DNA from: a virus
Taxonomy: Duplodnaviria; Caudoviricetes
Virus record (IMG/VR): IMGVR_UViG_3300028802_000018
Location: 1-55,638 of that record
Direction: 5' to 3' (one strand)
DNA: 55,638 nucleotides
In this document: positions 27,242 through 36,611 of the stretch, in pieces
Layout of the letters: every line of letters starts with the position of its first letter
Position numbering within the stretch: position 1 is the stretch's first letter
Program-made: the position numbers and the translations under genes
The notes under the pieces: model-generated
What the model was told of the DNA's origin: nothing
The model's input: only the letters and a program-made list of their open reading frames with translations
The model's database searches: none

Positions 27242-27482
27242 CCACCCGGTACGAAACCATCCTCAAGGCCGAACAGGCAATCGACCCCCGCAAGTTCGAT
27301 TTCGGCCAGAAGATCAACGCCATCCTCGCCGCAGCCGAGGACAACGCCACGGACAGCAAGGGCCGCGTCGAGAGCATCATCTGCCTCCTGTCCTTCCCGT
27401 CACCTGATCGCACCCCGGAAGTTATCGCTTGGTTCTCCAAGCTCGGCGTCAAAGCCTAACAGGAGCACAGCAGATGACCACC
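27222..27482 (+). repeat. Start-associated 25-bp exact repeat AACAGGAGCACAGCAGATGACCACC
   Basis: Copies at 27222-27246 and 27458-27482; variants before 27071, 27738, 27933, 28197. Confidence 0.85.
27238..27459 (+). CDS. Small hypothetical protein (73 aa)
   Basis: AGGAG RBS; ATGA coupling. Confidence 0.7.
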   Translation: MTTRYETILKAEQAIDPRKFDFGQKINAILAAAEDNATDSKGRVESIICLLSFPSPDRTPEVIAWFSKLGVKA

Positions 27483-27704
27483 ATCGCACGCAACCGGATC
27501 GAAAAAGTCCTTCCCCGCATCATCAGTGGCACGCGATACACCCTCGAAAATTACTTCAACGGCGAAGCAATCAGCGCCGAACAAGTCTGCGGCTTCGTTC
27601 GCATGTGGACAGACCGGCAAACCGGCAAGATGACCCTGAACGGCACGAAGGGTTGCTATCACCTGCACTCAAACCATTGGGTTGATTTTGAGGTAGCAGC
27701 CTAG
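27474..27704 (+). CDS. Small hypothetical protein (76 aa)
   Basis: AGGAG RBS; LHSNHWVDF. Confidence 0.7.
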   Translation: MTTIARNRIEKVLPRIISGTRYTLENYFNGEAISAEQVCGFVRMWTDRQTGKMTLNGTKGCYHLHSNHWVDFEVAA

Positions 27705-27737
27705 CGCCGCCCCTCTATCGGAACAGGAGAAAATCAG

Positions 27738-27911
27738 ATGCTTACCATCCTCTCCCAAACCATCACTACCTACCCGACCAAAGCCGCCGCCGACGCGCTC
27801 GCTGCCAACCTTCTCGCCGACGACCCCGATACTGACTATCAGGTTGTCGCCAACAATGCCGGCTTCTACGTCGCGATCTTTGAAGACGGCAAACAGGTTT
27901 TTACCCTCTAA
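27738..27911 (+). CDS. Small hypothetical protein (57 aa)
   Basis: Hand-translated MLTILSQTITTYPTKAAADALA...; AGGAG RBS. Confidence 0.65.
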   Translation: MLTILSQTITTYPTKAAADALAANLLADDPDTDYQVVANNAGFYVAIFEDGKQVFTL

Positions 27912-27932
27912 CATCAAACAGGAGAAGATCAG

Positions 27933-28184
27933 ATGACCCAGCAATTCAAAGTAGGCCAAACCTACGCAACCCGCTCAATCGGCGATCACGATTGCATCCA
28001 TTCCTTCACAATCCTGGCACGCACGGCCAAGACGATCACCACGAAAGTCAGCGGCAAGACCGTTCGCCGGGGCCTCAGCGTTTGGAATGACACCGAGCAG
28101 TTCCGACCCTTCGGCACCTATTCGATGTGCGCCGTCATCAGCGCCACCGATCGCGCTATCTCCCTCGCCCGTAACGCTAGCTAG
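27933..28184 (+). CDS. Small beta-rich hypothetical protein
   Basis: FKVGQTY.TRSIGDHDC...RTAKT; AGGAG RBS. Confidence 0.7.
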   Translation: MTQQFKVGQTYATRSIGDHDCIHSFTILARTAKTITTKVSGKTVRRGLSVWNDTEQFRPFGTYSMCAVISATDRAISLARNAS

Positions 28185-28196
28185 GAGAAACAACAA

Positions 28197-28358
28197 ATGA
28201 CCACATACCAAATCGTTACCGACACAGCCCGCACCTTCGGACTTCGCAACAAGACCACCGGCCAGATCGATCACGGCCACTTCGCCACCCGCGCCATGAT
28301 TAGGAGCTTTTTCAGGTTGCATTTTGGATGGAACCAAGCCTTCCTATTGGAGGGCTAA
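28197..28358 (+). CDS. Small hypothetical protein (53 aa)
   Basis: Hand-translated MTTYQIVTDTARTFGLRNK...; AGGAG RBS. Confidence 0.6.
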   Translation: MTTYQIVTDTARTFGLRNKTTGQIDHGHFATRAMIRSFFRLHFGWNQAFLLEG

Positions 28359-28541
28359 ATGACACCGGAACAATACGGTAAAGGCGACTGGACCCCCGAG
28401 GAAATCGGGGCCGCAAAAGCCTTATGGGAGCACAACAACCCCCATCGCCCCGTCTCCAAACTCCACCCAAGCATAGCTGACGCATGGATGATATACCTAC
28501 ACGACGCGCGCATCGCTCGCAACTTCGCATTTGCCAAATGA
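28359..28541 (+). CDS. Small hypothetical protein (60 aa)
   Basis: GGAGG RBS; coupled to HTH gene. Confidence 0.55.
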   Translation: MTPEQYGKGDWTPEEIGAAKALWEHNNPHRPVSKLHPSIADAWMIYLHDARIARNFAFAK

Positions 28542-28753
28542 CCCCCCTCCAACTACGCGAATGGCGCGCCTCGCACAATTGGTCCCGTCGCGAGGCCGCC
28601 GAGGCCCTTGGCGTGTCCCCTAGCAGGCTGTTTGACTACGAGGCGGGTCGTCAGAGAGGCAGCGGGCATTCCGCGCCGATCCCCCGATACATCGCCCTCG
28701 CCTGCATTGCGCTGAGACATGCACCGCATATGCGGGATTATGAAGGGGAGTGA
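28538..28753 (+). CDS. XRE-family HTH regulator
   Basis: MTPLQLREWR....SRREAAEALGVS...YEAG...IPRYIALAC. Confidence 0.85.
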   Translation: MTPLQLREWRASHNWSRREAAEALGVSPSRLFDYEAGRQRGSGHSAPIPRYIALACIALRHAPHMRDYEGE

Positions 28754-28932
28754 TCACGATCCTCTCCCGTATTGGTCACGTCCACAGCATTACCACACAT
28801 GCCCTCGCAACACGATTGCTGACCCGTTCCATTGCATGAGGAACATGGCAGGTAGTAGGCAACGGTTGCCTCCCTGCCGGCAAGACGCAACACCGCGAAC
28901 TTGCCGTGGCCCCTACAGTCCTCACACCTCAT
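28738..28932 (-). CDS. DnaJ-type zinc-finger-like small protein
   Basis: CEDCRGHG and CSSCNGTG. Confidence 0.6.
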   Translation of the reverse strand: MRCEDCRGHGKFAVLRLAGREATVAYYLPCSSCNGTGQQSCCEGMCGNAVDVTNTGEDRDHSPS

Positions 28933-29363
28933 GGCTCGCTCCCAGGCTTTGTGGGTTCGCCGGACTTAGTCGCTAGTGTGTCTGTACCGTCACCCCGGAC
29001 CACACCCGCCGCCGCATTACTGCTTTGGCGCTCGGTCAAGCGAACCGGCGAACCCACATCAACAATACGATCAAGTATCCTATACGCGCAACAGACCCAA
29101 TCCATTCGCCGCGCTCGGTTGTTATCCCAATGCGGCTCGGGAAGTTCGTCATCAGCCGTTGCCCTCGCAATTTGTTTGGCTTCCGCGAAAGCCGCTGCTC
29201 TGGCCTCCCGGGCGTGCTCGTCGCCGTAGGCCTGAATGGCACGGGCAACGTTCTCGGCTCTCTCCCACATATCGCGGTACAGGTTGATATGTGGCGGCGG
29301 CGTCTGGCCTAACGCGGCCCAGGCTCGATTCATCACATCGGCGTTAATCTGATCCATCACCAA
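28929..29363 (-). CDS. Hypothetical protein, paralogue of 29801..30082
   Basis: Shared GQTPPPHINLYRDMWERAENVARAIQ. Confidence 0.6.
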   Translation of the reverse strand: MVMDQINADVMNRAWAALGQTPPPHINLYRDMWERAENVARAIQAYGDEHAREARAAAFAEAKQIARATADDELPEPHWDNNRARRMDWVCCAYRILDRIVDVGSPVRLTERQSSNAAAGVVRGDGTDTLATKSGEPTKPGSEP

Positions 29364-29800
29364 TCCTCCGATACGTCCCGCTTCGCCACACGAAGCTTCC
29401 TGGGCGGCGGCACCCTCCCATGATACGGCTTCTCGCCAACATCCTTCCCCAGCGGAATGCCGTTAAAAGCCGCAGCGCTGCCCGCTGGCGCATTTTCCGC
29501 TCCTTGAGCCTGTAGGGTAGCCGCCTCCCCCTCTACCTGCACCACAGCCTCAGCGTTGGGGACTTCTGCCCCACTCCGCTCTACAGAAAATTCCATTGTC
29601 GCCCCCAATGCGTTTGGCACCCCGCCATCAAAGGTGGCGACGCACGCCATCGGCTTGTTGTTTCCTTCGCATGCAGCTATGGCGAACTCAATCTCGGCCA
29701 GCCGAGCATCCAGCCCCCATCCCGCGCTACATCGCCCTCGCCTGCGTGACGCTGCGGGGACAGCCGGAGATGCGAGATTATGAGGGAGAGTAATCACGGT

Positions 29801-30082
29801 TTATCGTACACGCCTTGTCTGCGATAGTGTGTCAAATAACTCACACAACCATTCATATGCCGCTGGATGATACAAGCTAGCGATCATTTGCTTTGCCTCC
29901 TCTATCGCCTCTGCTCTGGCCTCCTGAGCGCGCTCATCGCCATACTGCTGGATAGCGCGGGCGACGTTCTCCGCACGCTCCCACATATCGCGGTACAGGT
30001 TGATATGCGGCGGCGGTGTTTGGCCTATCGCGGCCCAGGCTCGTTCCATCATGTCGGCGTCACCGATAATCTGATCCATCAC
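29801..30082 (-). CDS. Hypothetical protein, paralogue of 28929..29363
   Basis: Same N-terminal ~60 aa, different C-terminus; GGAGG RBS. Confidence 0.6.
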   Translation of the reverse strand: MMDQIIGDADMMERAWAAIGQTPPPHINLYRDMWERAENVARAIQQYGDERAQEARAEAIEEAKQMIASLYHPAAYEWLCELFDTLSQTRRVR

Positions 30083-30283
30083 TCAGCCCTCCGTTTGCCA
30101 ACAACGGAATGCCGTTAAAAGCCGCATCCGTACCCGCTGGCGCATTTTCCGCTCCGACAGCCTGTGGGGTAGCCGCCTCCCCCTCAACCCGCATCACAGC
30201 CTCAAATTTGGGGACTTCTGCCCCATCCTGGATTACCGCGATGGCGCGCGACGCTTCGCCATAATGTCTGTCATCGATCCCTC

Positions 30284-30574
30284 TTACAAATCCGCAGAGC
30301 ATCCGGTCATCGACCGCTCCAGCAATGGCCGGTCTACGTGCAACGTGAATCCACCATCCCTCGGCACGATCTCGTGTGGACGGAAATCCGGCACGGTTCC
30401 GGCATTAGCCCGCGCAGCAAGGCGCAGCCGCTCCCGATCACACGCAAGCCGGTGGGCTTGCCTGAACTTGCAAAACTTGTTGCAATGTCGCCGCAATCCC
30501 CACGGCTGCGCACGCTCCCCCTCCCCCCGCACCAATACATCATTGCAATACCGGCAGCGCCTGTCGTCCGTCAT
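30284..30574 (-). CDS. Cys-motif hypothetical protein
   Basis: CRYC...CNKFC; ATGA coupling. Confidence 0.55.
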   Translation of the reverse strand: MTDDRRCRYCNDVLVRGEGERAQPWGLRRHCNKFCKFRQAHRLACDRERLRLAARANAGTVPDFRPHEIVPRDGGFTLHVDRPLLERSMTGCSADL

Positions 30575-30858
30575 CTCCCTGCCTCGACAACCAACCGTAT
30601 CTTTCGCTTCATCGCCGGCAGTCGCTCGGCCCACCGAGCACGAAGCTCATAGGGGTCAGACCATTTCTGCATTTCGACATCCTCCTGCCTGTCATCGCGA
30701 CGATCATCCAAACCGGCAGACGCAAGAATCTCGCGGATTGTTTGATAGTTCGGAGAACGCTGCAACCGAAACTCCCGCTTTAGCATCATCGATATCATAG
30801 CCCTTGAGAAACCCTTGCGCCCAAGCTCCACCACCCGCATCGCTTCATCCTTGTTCAT
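30571..30858 (-). CDS. Putative HTH-like DNA-binding protein
   Basis: VVELGRKGFSRAMIS..L.....PNYQTIREIL; GAGG RBS. Confidence 0.5.
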   Translation of the reverse strand: MNKDEAMRVVELGRKGFSRAMISMMLKREFRLQRSPNYQTIREILASAGLDDRRDDRQEDVEMQKWSDPYELRARWAERLPAMKRKIRLVVEAGR

Positions 30859-31372
30859 CGTAATCGTCCTCTGCTGGTTGTTTCGACCGAGCACTTTCAA
30901 CAAGCGCCCCAGGGAATGTACTTTTAGCCAACGCAATTTCTGGAAACTTTTCGATTAATCTAGCGATCTCCTCACCCGTCCATACATCGACATACCTACC
31001 GGCATACCAAACCGAGAACGCTTCCGCTCGTGTACGACATAACGCAACAACCCGACCGTCCGATAGTCCTATCTCCCAAACGTCAGGATGACATACAGCA
31101 GCACCGGCTTGTGTAGCAGCAACGTCGAGAGCTTCCCATGCACGCCGCATAGCACCACCCGACTGCCGCACCCGCTCGACATCGCTGGCTGTTATAGCCT
31201 CGTTGAACCTGCGTAGTTGTTTGCGAAATTTCTCCCGCAACGCATCAGACACCAGCAACTCCAATCTACCAACACCCCACTTCGTTTCATACAGCCGCGC
31301 TGCCTCATCCACGCCGGCAACCACCGACGAAATCGCATCGTGCTCTCCACGGGAGACCTGACGGTCGGTCAC
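30845..31372 (-). CDS. Conserved phage protein downstream of primase-helicase
   Basis: KWGVGRL..LVS..LREKF..Q...N.AI; KSTFPGA.V; GTG after GAGGAG. Confidence 0.7.
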   Translation of the reverse strand: MTDRQVSRGEHDAISSVVAGVDEAARLYETKWGVGRLELLVSDALREKFRKQLRRFNEAITASDVERVRQSGGAMRRAWEALDVAATQAGAAVCHPDVWEIGLSDGRVVALCRTRAEAFSVWYAGRYVDVWTGEEIARLIEKFPEIALAKSTFPGALVESARSKQPAEDDYDEQG

Positions 31373-31392
31373 GGATTCCTCTCCTCTGATCC

Positions 31393-31700
31393 TGTTACAA
31401 TCGGACTGCACTCAGGCTCCGTTACGGTTGGTGACCCCCCTAAAGGGGGGCACACCTCCTGCGTAACGGAGAGAGCAGTATGTGCCCGACCGTAACGAGC
31501 GTAACGTAACGGGCTGTTTTAGGTCTCTCACAGCAGCCATACCCTTTCCATGTTCATACCGATTACCCCCTTATCGGCCAATGAGTTAAGCACCCGAAAC
31601 ATGCGCTGCCTCTCAGCGTTACTAAGGGCCGTAACGCCCTCCGTAACGGAGAGCTTTCCGCGCTTGATTAGCCAGTCTCTCAAAAAGACCCGCGTTACGG
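31393..31700. other. Candidate replication origin/primase signal
   Basis: CCCCCC-TAAA-GGGGGG palindrome at 31435-31450 among about nine CGTAAC/GTTAC motifs in both orientations at the 3' end of the primase-helicase gene. Confidence 0.5.
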
Positions 31701-33654
31701 TGCGTAATACGGGCATTCCGCGCTCAGGACTCAACGTCTCCGTGCCGTCTCCACGGTTGACGATCTCCCGGATTTCCCCCAGGAAGCTGCGATCTGTGTC
31801 GGTCAATCGGGCAGCTTTTGCCTCACGTTCCGGCACGGCCATATCTATGACAATGCAGCTTGTAACCTCCTTGCCGCGCTTGTTCATGCCCAGCGATAAT
31901 TGCTTCAACTCAAATGCAAACTCCCCATCTATCTCAAGTTCGCGTTGCTTTTTAACAAACGCTACGCTACAGGTAGCCTCCTCTGGCCGAGTAATCTCGA
32001 TCTCTGTATCTGTAGCCGCTCTGAGCGACGAGTGCCCCCTTGCGCCACGCGCTTGGTCTTTACCAGAATGATGAATGAATGAAACATGCGCACCTGTTTG
32101 TTCCCTGATCCTATCCGCTGATTTAACAATCTTCCCCATATCCTCCGGGGCATTCTCATTGCCCCCTGCCATAGCTCTGGCAAGAGTGTCGATAACCACC
32201 AGCTTGATAGGGATTCCTATTTTTTCTGCGGCTTCCTTGATAAGCATGATAAGAGGCTCCGTATCAGCGTTTGCATCAAGCATGTTTATCGAGCACGGCA
32301 CAATTGCAAAGGCAACTGCCTCGTCGCTTGCTACATCGTAATGCTGCCGTAGGGCAGCTATACGGTTCCTGATACCGAAACCACCCTCAAGGGCGACATA
32401 GATAACACCGCCCTTTTCAACGTCGCGCTTCCGCCAGCGGCGACCTGAAGCCACATGAAATGCGAGGTCTGTCATAAAAAACGTCTTGCCGCAATTTGAC
32501 TCGCCATAGATGACCGACATACCTGCGTCACACAGCAAGCCTTCGACAAAGTCCGACGCATCGAGGGATGGCTTCACGTCTATGAACCATTCAATAGGAA
32601 GGGATTGCGAAACGGCGGGACCGAAATCTTCATCGGTCGGATTGGGGATTTCCCATTTCTGTCGTCCGGTCCGGATCATCTCCGGCACTTGACTCCACGA
32701 ATTACTGTTCGGAATGCCTTTTAGAAGTCCCTCAAATAGCTGTAATATGACGCAATCTGGTTGCTGCTTTCTGATCAGATACCCGATGAAAGCGAGCGTA
32801 TTGTTATGACGCTCGTTATCAGCCTTGATGGCATCGATCCATTTTTGCGGATCGGTACGCACGCGGCGGCCCGTGGTAAAATCTGGCCGCCCCGGCGGGT
32901 CATCGAACACCTCACCTGTGTCGGGATCAAACCCGTTGGTGTGCCCATTGCTATAGGCGTGCCCATTGGGTGCGACTTGGGGATAGGCCCTCATCAGGGC
33001 TTCCAGGGGGACGGGAGCGCGCTCCTCCTCATCTTCATAGAGGGTGCGCAGTGTTACCGGCTCGGTGATATATCCTCGTGCAACCTTCTTGGGGGAGGGA
33101 TAATTGACGGTTCCAGCGAGGCGCATGAGCCGAGGTGAATCGATGACGTGATCAGCCCTAAAATACTCTGCCAGGGCGAGTTGCAGTTGCGACCACAGGG
33201 GCAGATTCCGGATAGGCTCCTCAAGCTCCCAGTACGGTTGTGGGCGGGGATTGGGGATGCGTCCGCTGGTTACCGCCCAGCCGTAGGGGATGGGAGCCGC
33301 ACGAAGCCGTGCGGCCGTCTCCGGGCTGTCTCCGTCTACAAATAGATTAAATGCAATCTCAATGTCGTCGGCCGAAGCGCGCCCGAAAGGCGGCGACCCC
33401 GGCTTGCGGGGATTGACCCCGACGTAGACATTGCGGCCGATGGCATTATATCGAACGGCAAGGTCCGTCGCTGCATCAAGGGCGGCATGATCTAGCGCGA
33501 ATGTTTCGGCGGAGTTTACTGCGCCATGGGTGTCAGCCCAGGCGATTTCGCAGCGACCCAGCGGGTATTCCAACCGTGGGCGGCGGAATAGCCGCTCTAG
33601 GTGGGCACGGATAACCACCGTATCCGGTTTTAGGGCGTCTGGATTATCTGACAT
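31528..33654 (-). CDS. Primase-helicase: RepB-like primase plus AAA_25 RecA-like helicase
   Basis: NVYVGVNPR, FVDGD, RLMRLAGTVN; GESNCGKT, VVIDT, IHHSGKD..RGARGHSSL.AA.D. Confidence 0.88.
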   Translation of the reverse strand: MSDNPDALKPDTVVIRAHLERLFRRPRLEYPLGRCEIAWADTHGAVNSAETFALDHAALDAATDLAVRYNAIGRNVYVGVNPRKPGSPPFGRASADDIEIAFNLFVDGDSPETAARLRAAPIPYGWAVTSGRIPNPRPQPYWELEEPIRNLPLWSQLQLALAEYFRADHVIDSPRLMRLAGTVNYPSPKKVARGYITEPVTLRTLYEDEEERAPVPLEALMRAYPQVAPNGHAYSNGHTNGFDPDTGEVFDDPPGRPDFTTGRRVRTDPQKWIDAIKADNERHNNTLAFIGYLIRKQQPDCVILQLFEGLLKGIPNSNSWSQVPEMIRTGRQKWEIPNPTDEDFGPAVSQSLPIEWFIDVKPSLDASDFVEGLLCDAGMSVIYGESNCGKTFFMTDLAFHVASGRRWRKRDVEKGGVIYVALEGGFGIRNRIAALRQHYDVASDEAVAFAIVPCSINMLDANADTEPLIMLIKEAAEKIGIPIKLVVIDTLARAMAGGNENAPEDMGKIVKSADRIREQTGAHVSFIHHSGKDQARGARGHSSLRAATDTEIEITRPEEATCSVAFVKKQRELEIDGEFAFELKQLSLGMNKRGKEVTSCIVIDMAVPEREAKAARLTDTDRSFLGEIREIVNRGDGTETLSPERGMPVLRTVTRVFLRDWLIKRGKLSVTEGVTALSNAERQRMFRVLNSLADKGVIGMNMERVWLL

Positions 33655-33686
33655 TGATCAGCCCTAGCAGCCGCTAGCACGGGTAG

Positions 33687-33776
33687 TCGAGCGCGGGCCA
33701 ACAGCTTTTGCCGGGGCTGCTGGTCGGCGTGGGCTTGGCACCTGTAACCGTCGCCACAGGTGTGGCCCGCGCTCGA
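33687..33776 (-). promoter_or_regulatory. Structured leader upstream of primase-helicase
   Basis: 14-bp perfect inverted repeat TCGAGCGCGGGCCA/TGGCCCGCGCTCGA enclosing a 7-bp CACCTGT/ACAGGTG hairpin. Confidence 0.5.
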
Positions 33777-33797
33777 TTTCAGTATATCAGATCAGGA

Positions 33798-34406
33798 TCA
33801 AAACTCCTCTGCACTTTCTGTCTCTGTCGGCGGTGCTGCGGCTGTCGGCTTGGCGTTGTTGACCGGCGGCGGAACCTCAGATGCCGCAGGAACAGCGGCT
33901 ACGGCAGCCGGCATGGCCTGGGGACGAGGCACCCACTTGGAGATCTTCAGCACCGGCTGATAGTTCGTGCCCTGCCGCGATTTGACAGGCACAACCTTCT
34001 CACAGACGATCACCGGCACGAGGCCCTGCTTTGCCTGCGGTGCGGTTTCGTACTGCTCCTCGTACACCTCCTTGATTGCGATGATGGCGGCGTTGCTGGA
34101 CGAGGAGAACTCCCGCAGCCCGCCGATTTCCTTCGGGCTGAAGACGTTGACGGCGAAACCACGCCGATGCATTGGCGTCGGCTGCGGGGCCGTCGAGCCG
34201 TTGTCCCAGACCGAATTTGGCGCCTGCCCTTCGACAAACAGAATCCACCCCGTCTTGATGTTGGCGAGGTCGAAGATGGCCGTCAGATTGACAACTTCAT
34301 TCTCGCCACCGTCCTCGGTCTTGCTGTACCAGCGGCCGGCCTTTGCGTTGAATTTCAGGTAGGGGACGAAATCCCCGCCGGTACGCGGTTCTACATTGAG
34401 TGCCAT
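33798..34406 (-). CDS. Single-stranded DNA-binding-like protein
   Basis: YLKFNAKAGRW, TNYQP...I..WVPRP, Pro/Ala linker and acidic EEF tail; between nuclease and primase. Confidence 0.6.
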   Translation of the reverse strand: MALNVEPRTGGDFVPYLKFNAKAGRWYSKTEDGGENEVVNLTAIFDLANIKTGWILFVEGQAPNSVWDNGSTAPQPTPMHRRGFAVNVFSPKEIGGLREFSSSSNAAIIAIKEVYEEQYETAPQAKQGLVPVIVCEKVVPVKSRQGTNYQPVLKISKWVPRPQAMPAAVAAVPAASEVPPPVNNAKPTAAAPPTETESAEEF

Positions 34407-34444
34407 TGCTCGTTACCTTTCCAGTTGACCGTTGTGCTTTACCG

Positions 34445-35350
34445 TTATGCCGCTGTAGCGCGCGGCCCGCTCACCGACCAGATTTGGCTCTGGCGGTAAT
34501 CCTCTGTCTCTTTAATCAGGCGTTGGCCCTGATCACAAAATTGTAGAGCAGGGCAATAGTCAGCGCAACGCTTTTGTTCAGCCGGTCGCTCCCTGATTTC
34601 GTGTCCTGCGCCTGCCAATGAACACGCTGCATTCGCCTCGGCCTCTGTATCGAACAGCTTGGTAGCGCGGACGTTCTTCCCTTTGTACAAGGCATAGACC
34701 GCTGGCCGCTCCCACCGTTCGTCGGCAGAGCATTCCGGCAAGGTATGTTGCGCTTTGCCGTGGGCCATGAGGCGTTCCCTGATGTACGCTTCGGTAACTT
34801 GACGAGGCCACATTGTTACCGGGATTACGAGTGCAGGCGTTTGTGGGTAGTCGGCGGTGTGCTTTGACTTAGCTTTCTGCCAATCGCGAAGAATGGCGAC
34901 AACTTCAAGGTTGGTAACGGTGTACCCGTGCTCGCGCAGCATCAGCGCATAGATATTTTCCTGCGCTTCCCATTCCGGCTTGGACCCGTCCTTGATGGCA
35001 TAGGTGGAAGTCATCTTGTAATCTTGCAGGCGTCCATCGCTTTCTAGTAGATAGCGATCAAACGCGCCTGAGATACGCCACCCGTGCCGCTCTATGAACA
35101 GGCGTTCCTCGCACCATGCCTGATCGTCGGCGCGCTCAAGGATGCCGTGTGCGATCTGACCCATCAGTGCCCAGATGCGCTCGCTGACATCTTCTGTAAG
35201 CTCGTCGGCATGGGCAATTTCGAGGGCACGCTTGCGAGCCGGGCCGATCATCCCTGTGACGGAGATATGCGCGTCGCCCCTGCTGTACCTGTCATTCTGC
35301 ACCGCTTTGGCGATGGATGACGGGAGGTTGAGACGGTTTGTTATTTTCAT
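34445..35350 (-). CDS. PD-(D/E)XK Cas4-like exonuclease
   Basis: ISGAFD...DYKMTS, Q.N.Y, C-terminal C...RC..YC....FC. Confidence 0.75.
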   Translation of the reverse strand: MKITNRLNLPSSIAKAVQNDRYSRGDAHISVTGMIGPARKRALEIAHADELTEDVSERIWALMGQIAHGILERADDQAWCEERLFIERHGWRISGAFDRYLLESDGRLQDYKMTSTYAIKDGSKPEWEAQENIYALMLREHGYTVTNLEVVAILRDWQKAKSKHTADYPQTPALVIPVTMWPRQVTEAYIRERLMAHGKAQHTLPECSADERWERPAVYALYKGKNVRATKLFDTEAEANAACSLAGAGHEIRERPAEQKRCADYCPALQFCDQGQRLIKETEDYRQSQIWSVSGPRATAA

Positions 35351-35724
35351 AGACCTAGTTCCCGTTTGCATACTTGGAAGATGTCATCCGGCTCACCCGG
35401 CAGCGGATCATCGAACTCGCACAAGTCGGCATTCTGGCGAACACGAATAATGCGCGAGCCGATCATTTCTAGAGCGGTGTACCGGACATCTGTTGGCGCT
35501 GCGCGCAGCCATTCATGAGTTTGGCGAGTAACGTAATCCACCATATCGCCGGAATCATCGATCCCGAAATGCCGGAGCGTTACTGATAACTGCCGCAGGC
35601 GACTGCCATACTGAGGGTCATCGAACATGGTTTTATACAGAAGCTTCTTTGCCGCGCGATAGTGGCGCGCCAGCCGCTCCCGCTCGGCGAGGGCTTTGTC
35701 GGTGGCGGTTTGTGGTTGTTTCAT
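35347..35724 (-). CDS. Hypothetical protein
   Basis: ATGA-coupled; FDDPLPGEPD. Confidence 0.6.
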   Translation of the reverse strand: MKQPQTATDKALAERERLARHYRAAKKLLYKTMFDDPQYGSRLRQLSVTLRHFGIDDSGDMVDYVTRQTHEWLRAAPTDVRYTALEMIGSRIIRVRQNADLCEFDDPLPGEPDDIFQVCKRELGL

Positions 35725-35903
35725 GATCCAGATTTCCAAATAGGCCAGCCCAGCCTTGCTAGAGCCACTAGCTCCAGTAACTTTGTGCTTGTGATAGTGT
35801 GGGCGTCAACAACCCAATCGTGTCCCTTCTCAGCGTTATCAATTTTTAGTTTCAGTGTACGTCGCGCCTCATCATGAAGCCGATCTAATTCATCAAGGTG
35901 CAT
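35721..35903 (-). CDS. Small hypothetical protein
   Basis: Overlaps both neighbours in operon. Confidence 0.5.
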   Translation of the reverse strand: MHLDELDRLHDEARRTLKLKIDNAEKGHDWVVDAHTITSTKLLELVALARLGWPIWKSGS

Positions 35904-36393
35904 CAGACAATTCCTTTGTAATACCCTTGCGAATCAATTCCGTTGATAGCGATTCCGAGCGCAGGGGTACGCCATAATACCGCAGCGTAATGAGCACCAC
36001 ATCGAGCGTCTCGGCAACGACGACCCATGCGCCCGCTCGTCTAAGACGTGCGTGCATGTCGCGTTGTCGTTGCTCGTGAATAGTGTATGTGCCGGTTCGT
36101 TGGGTGCGCTCGGTCCACCCTCTAGGCTTCAACTCAATAAAGCCTACCTTGCTGCAGTCGATAAACATCCAATCCGGCAGCCCCGCAACGACACCCATGC
36201 GCGCAGCCATGATGCGCTGCATGTCGCCATGGCGTTCGCCACGCAAATGTATAGCGATCGCATTGCCGCCGAGGCCGATCTTGCGGAAATAAGCCGCAAT
36301 GGTCAGGTGCTCAGCGGTCTCCGAGACGACCGGAGCCTTCCGAGCCTTGCGCGCAGGGCGTGCGGGTGATACATATACGGGGTTGTCGGCCAT
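35893..36393 (-). CDS. VRR-NUC-family nuclease / resolvase
   Basis: SE..EH, MGVVAGLPD, FIELK, Q......L...G. Confidence 0.75.
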   Translation of the reverse strand: MADNPVYVSPARPARKARKAPVVSETAEHLTIAAYFRKIGLGGNAIAIHLRGERHGDMQRIMAARMGVVAGLPDWMFIDCSKVGFIELKPRGWTERTQRTGTYTIHEQRQRDMHARLRRAGAWVVVAETLDVVLITLRYYGVPLRSESLSTELIRKGITKELSDAP

Positions 36394-36611
36394 CGATGCC
36401 TCCACGCATCAGTGTGGCTTGGGAGCGTCGGTGTGGCAGCCGACGCTCCTTTCATTTTAGGAGACTACGCCTCGGTACGGTGTCGCGCAAGGGTCATTTT
36501 AGGCGCGGTAAGAAGAACGCTGGCACCGGCTCGCCCGCGCGTACACGATCACCAATCACTTTGATAGCGAGTGCCCAACACCCTATGGCGTCAGCCTCCC
36601 AATCATAATCA

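Larger units (their letters stand above)
28664..30225. repeat. Diverged tandem duplication of a three-part block
   Basis: Approximately 28664-28757 = 29704-29797, 29180-29360 = 29895-30082, 29453-29573 = 30105-30225. Confidence 0.85.

Noticed and set aside
27222-27482. CRISPR mini-array
   Set aside because: Repeats are RBS/ATG contexts spaced by whole genes, not palindromic repeats with 30-40 bp spacers
29596-29793. Plus-strand 65-aa ORF as a second HTH gene
   Set aside because: Only the last ~30 codons match the XRE gene; the HTH itself and an RBS are missing
28929-30225. Diversity-generating retroelement TR/VR pair
   Set aside because: Differences are not adenine-specific and no reverse transcriptase is in the window
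34445-35350. Cas4 as evidence of a CRISPR-Cas system
   Set aside because: Solo Cas4-like nuclease beside SSB and primase is an ordinary phage recombination gene
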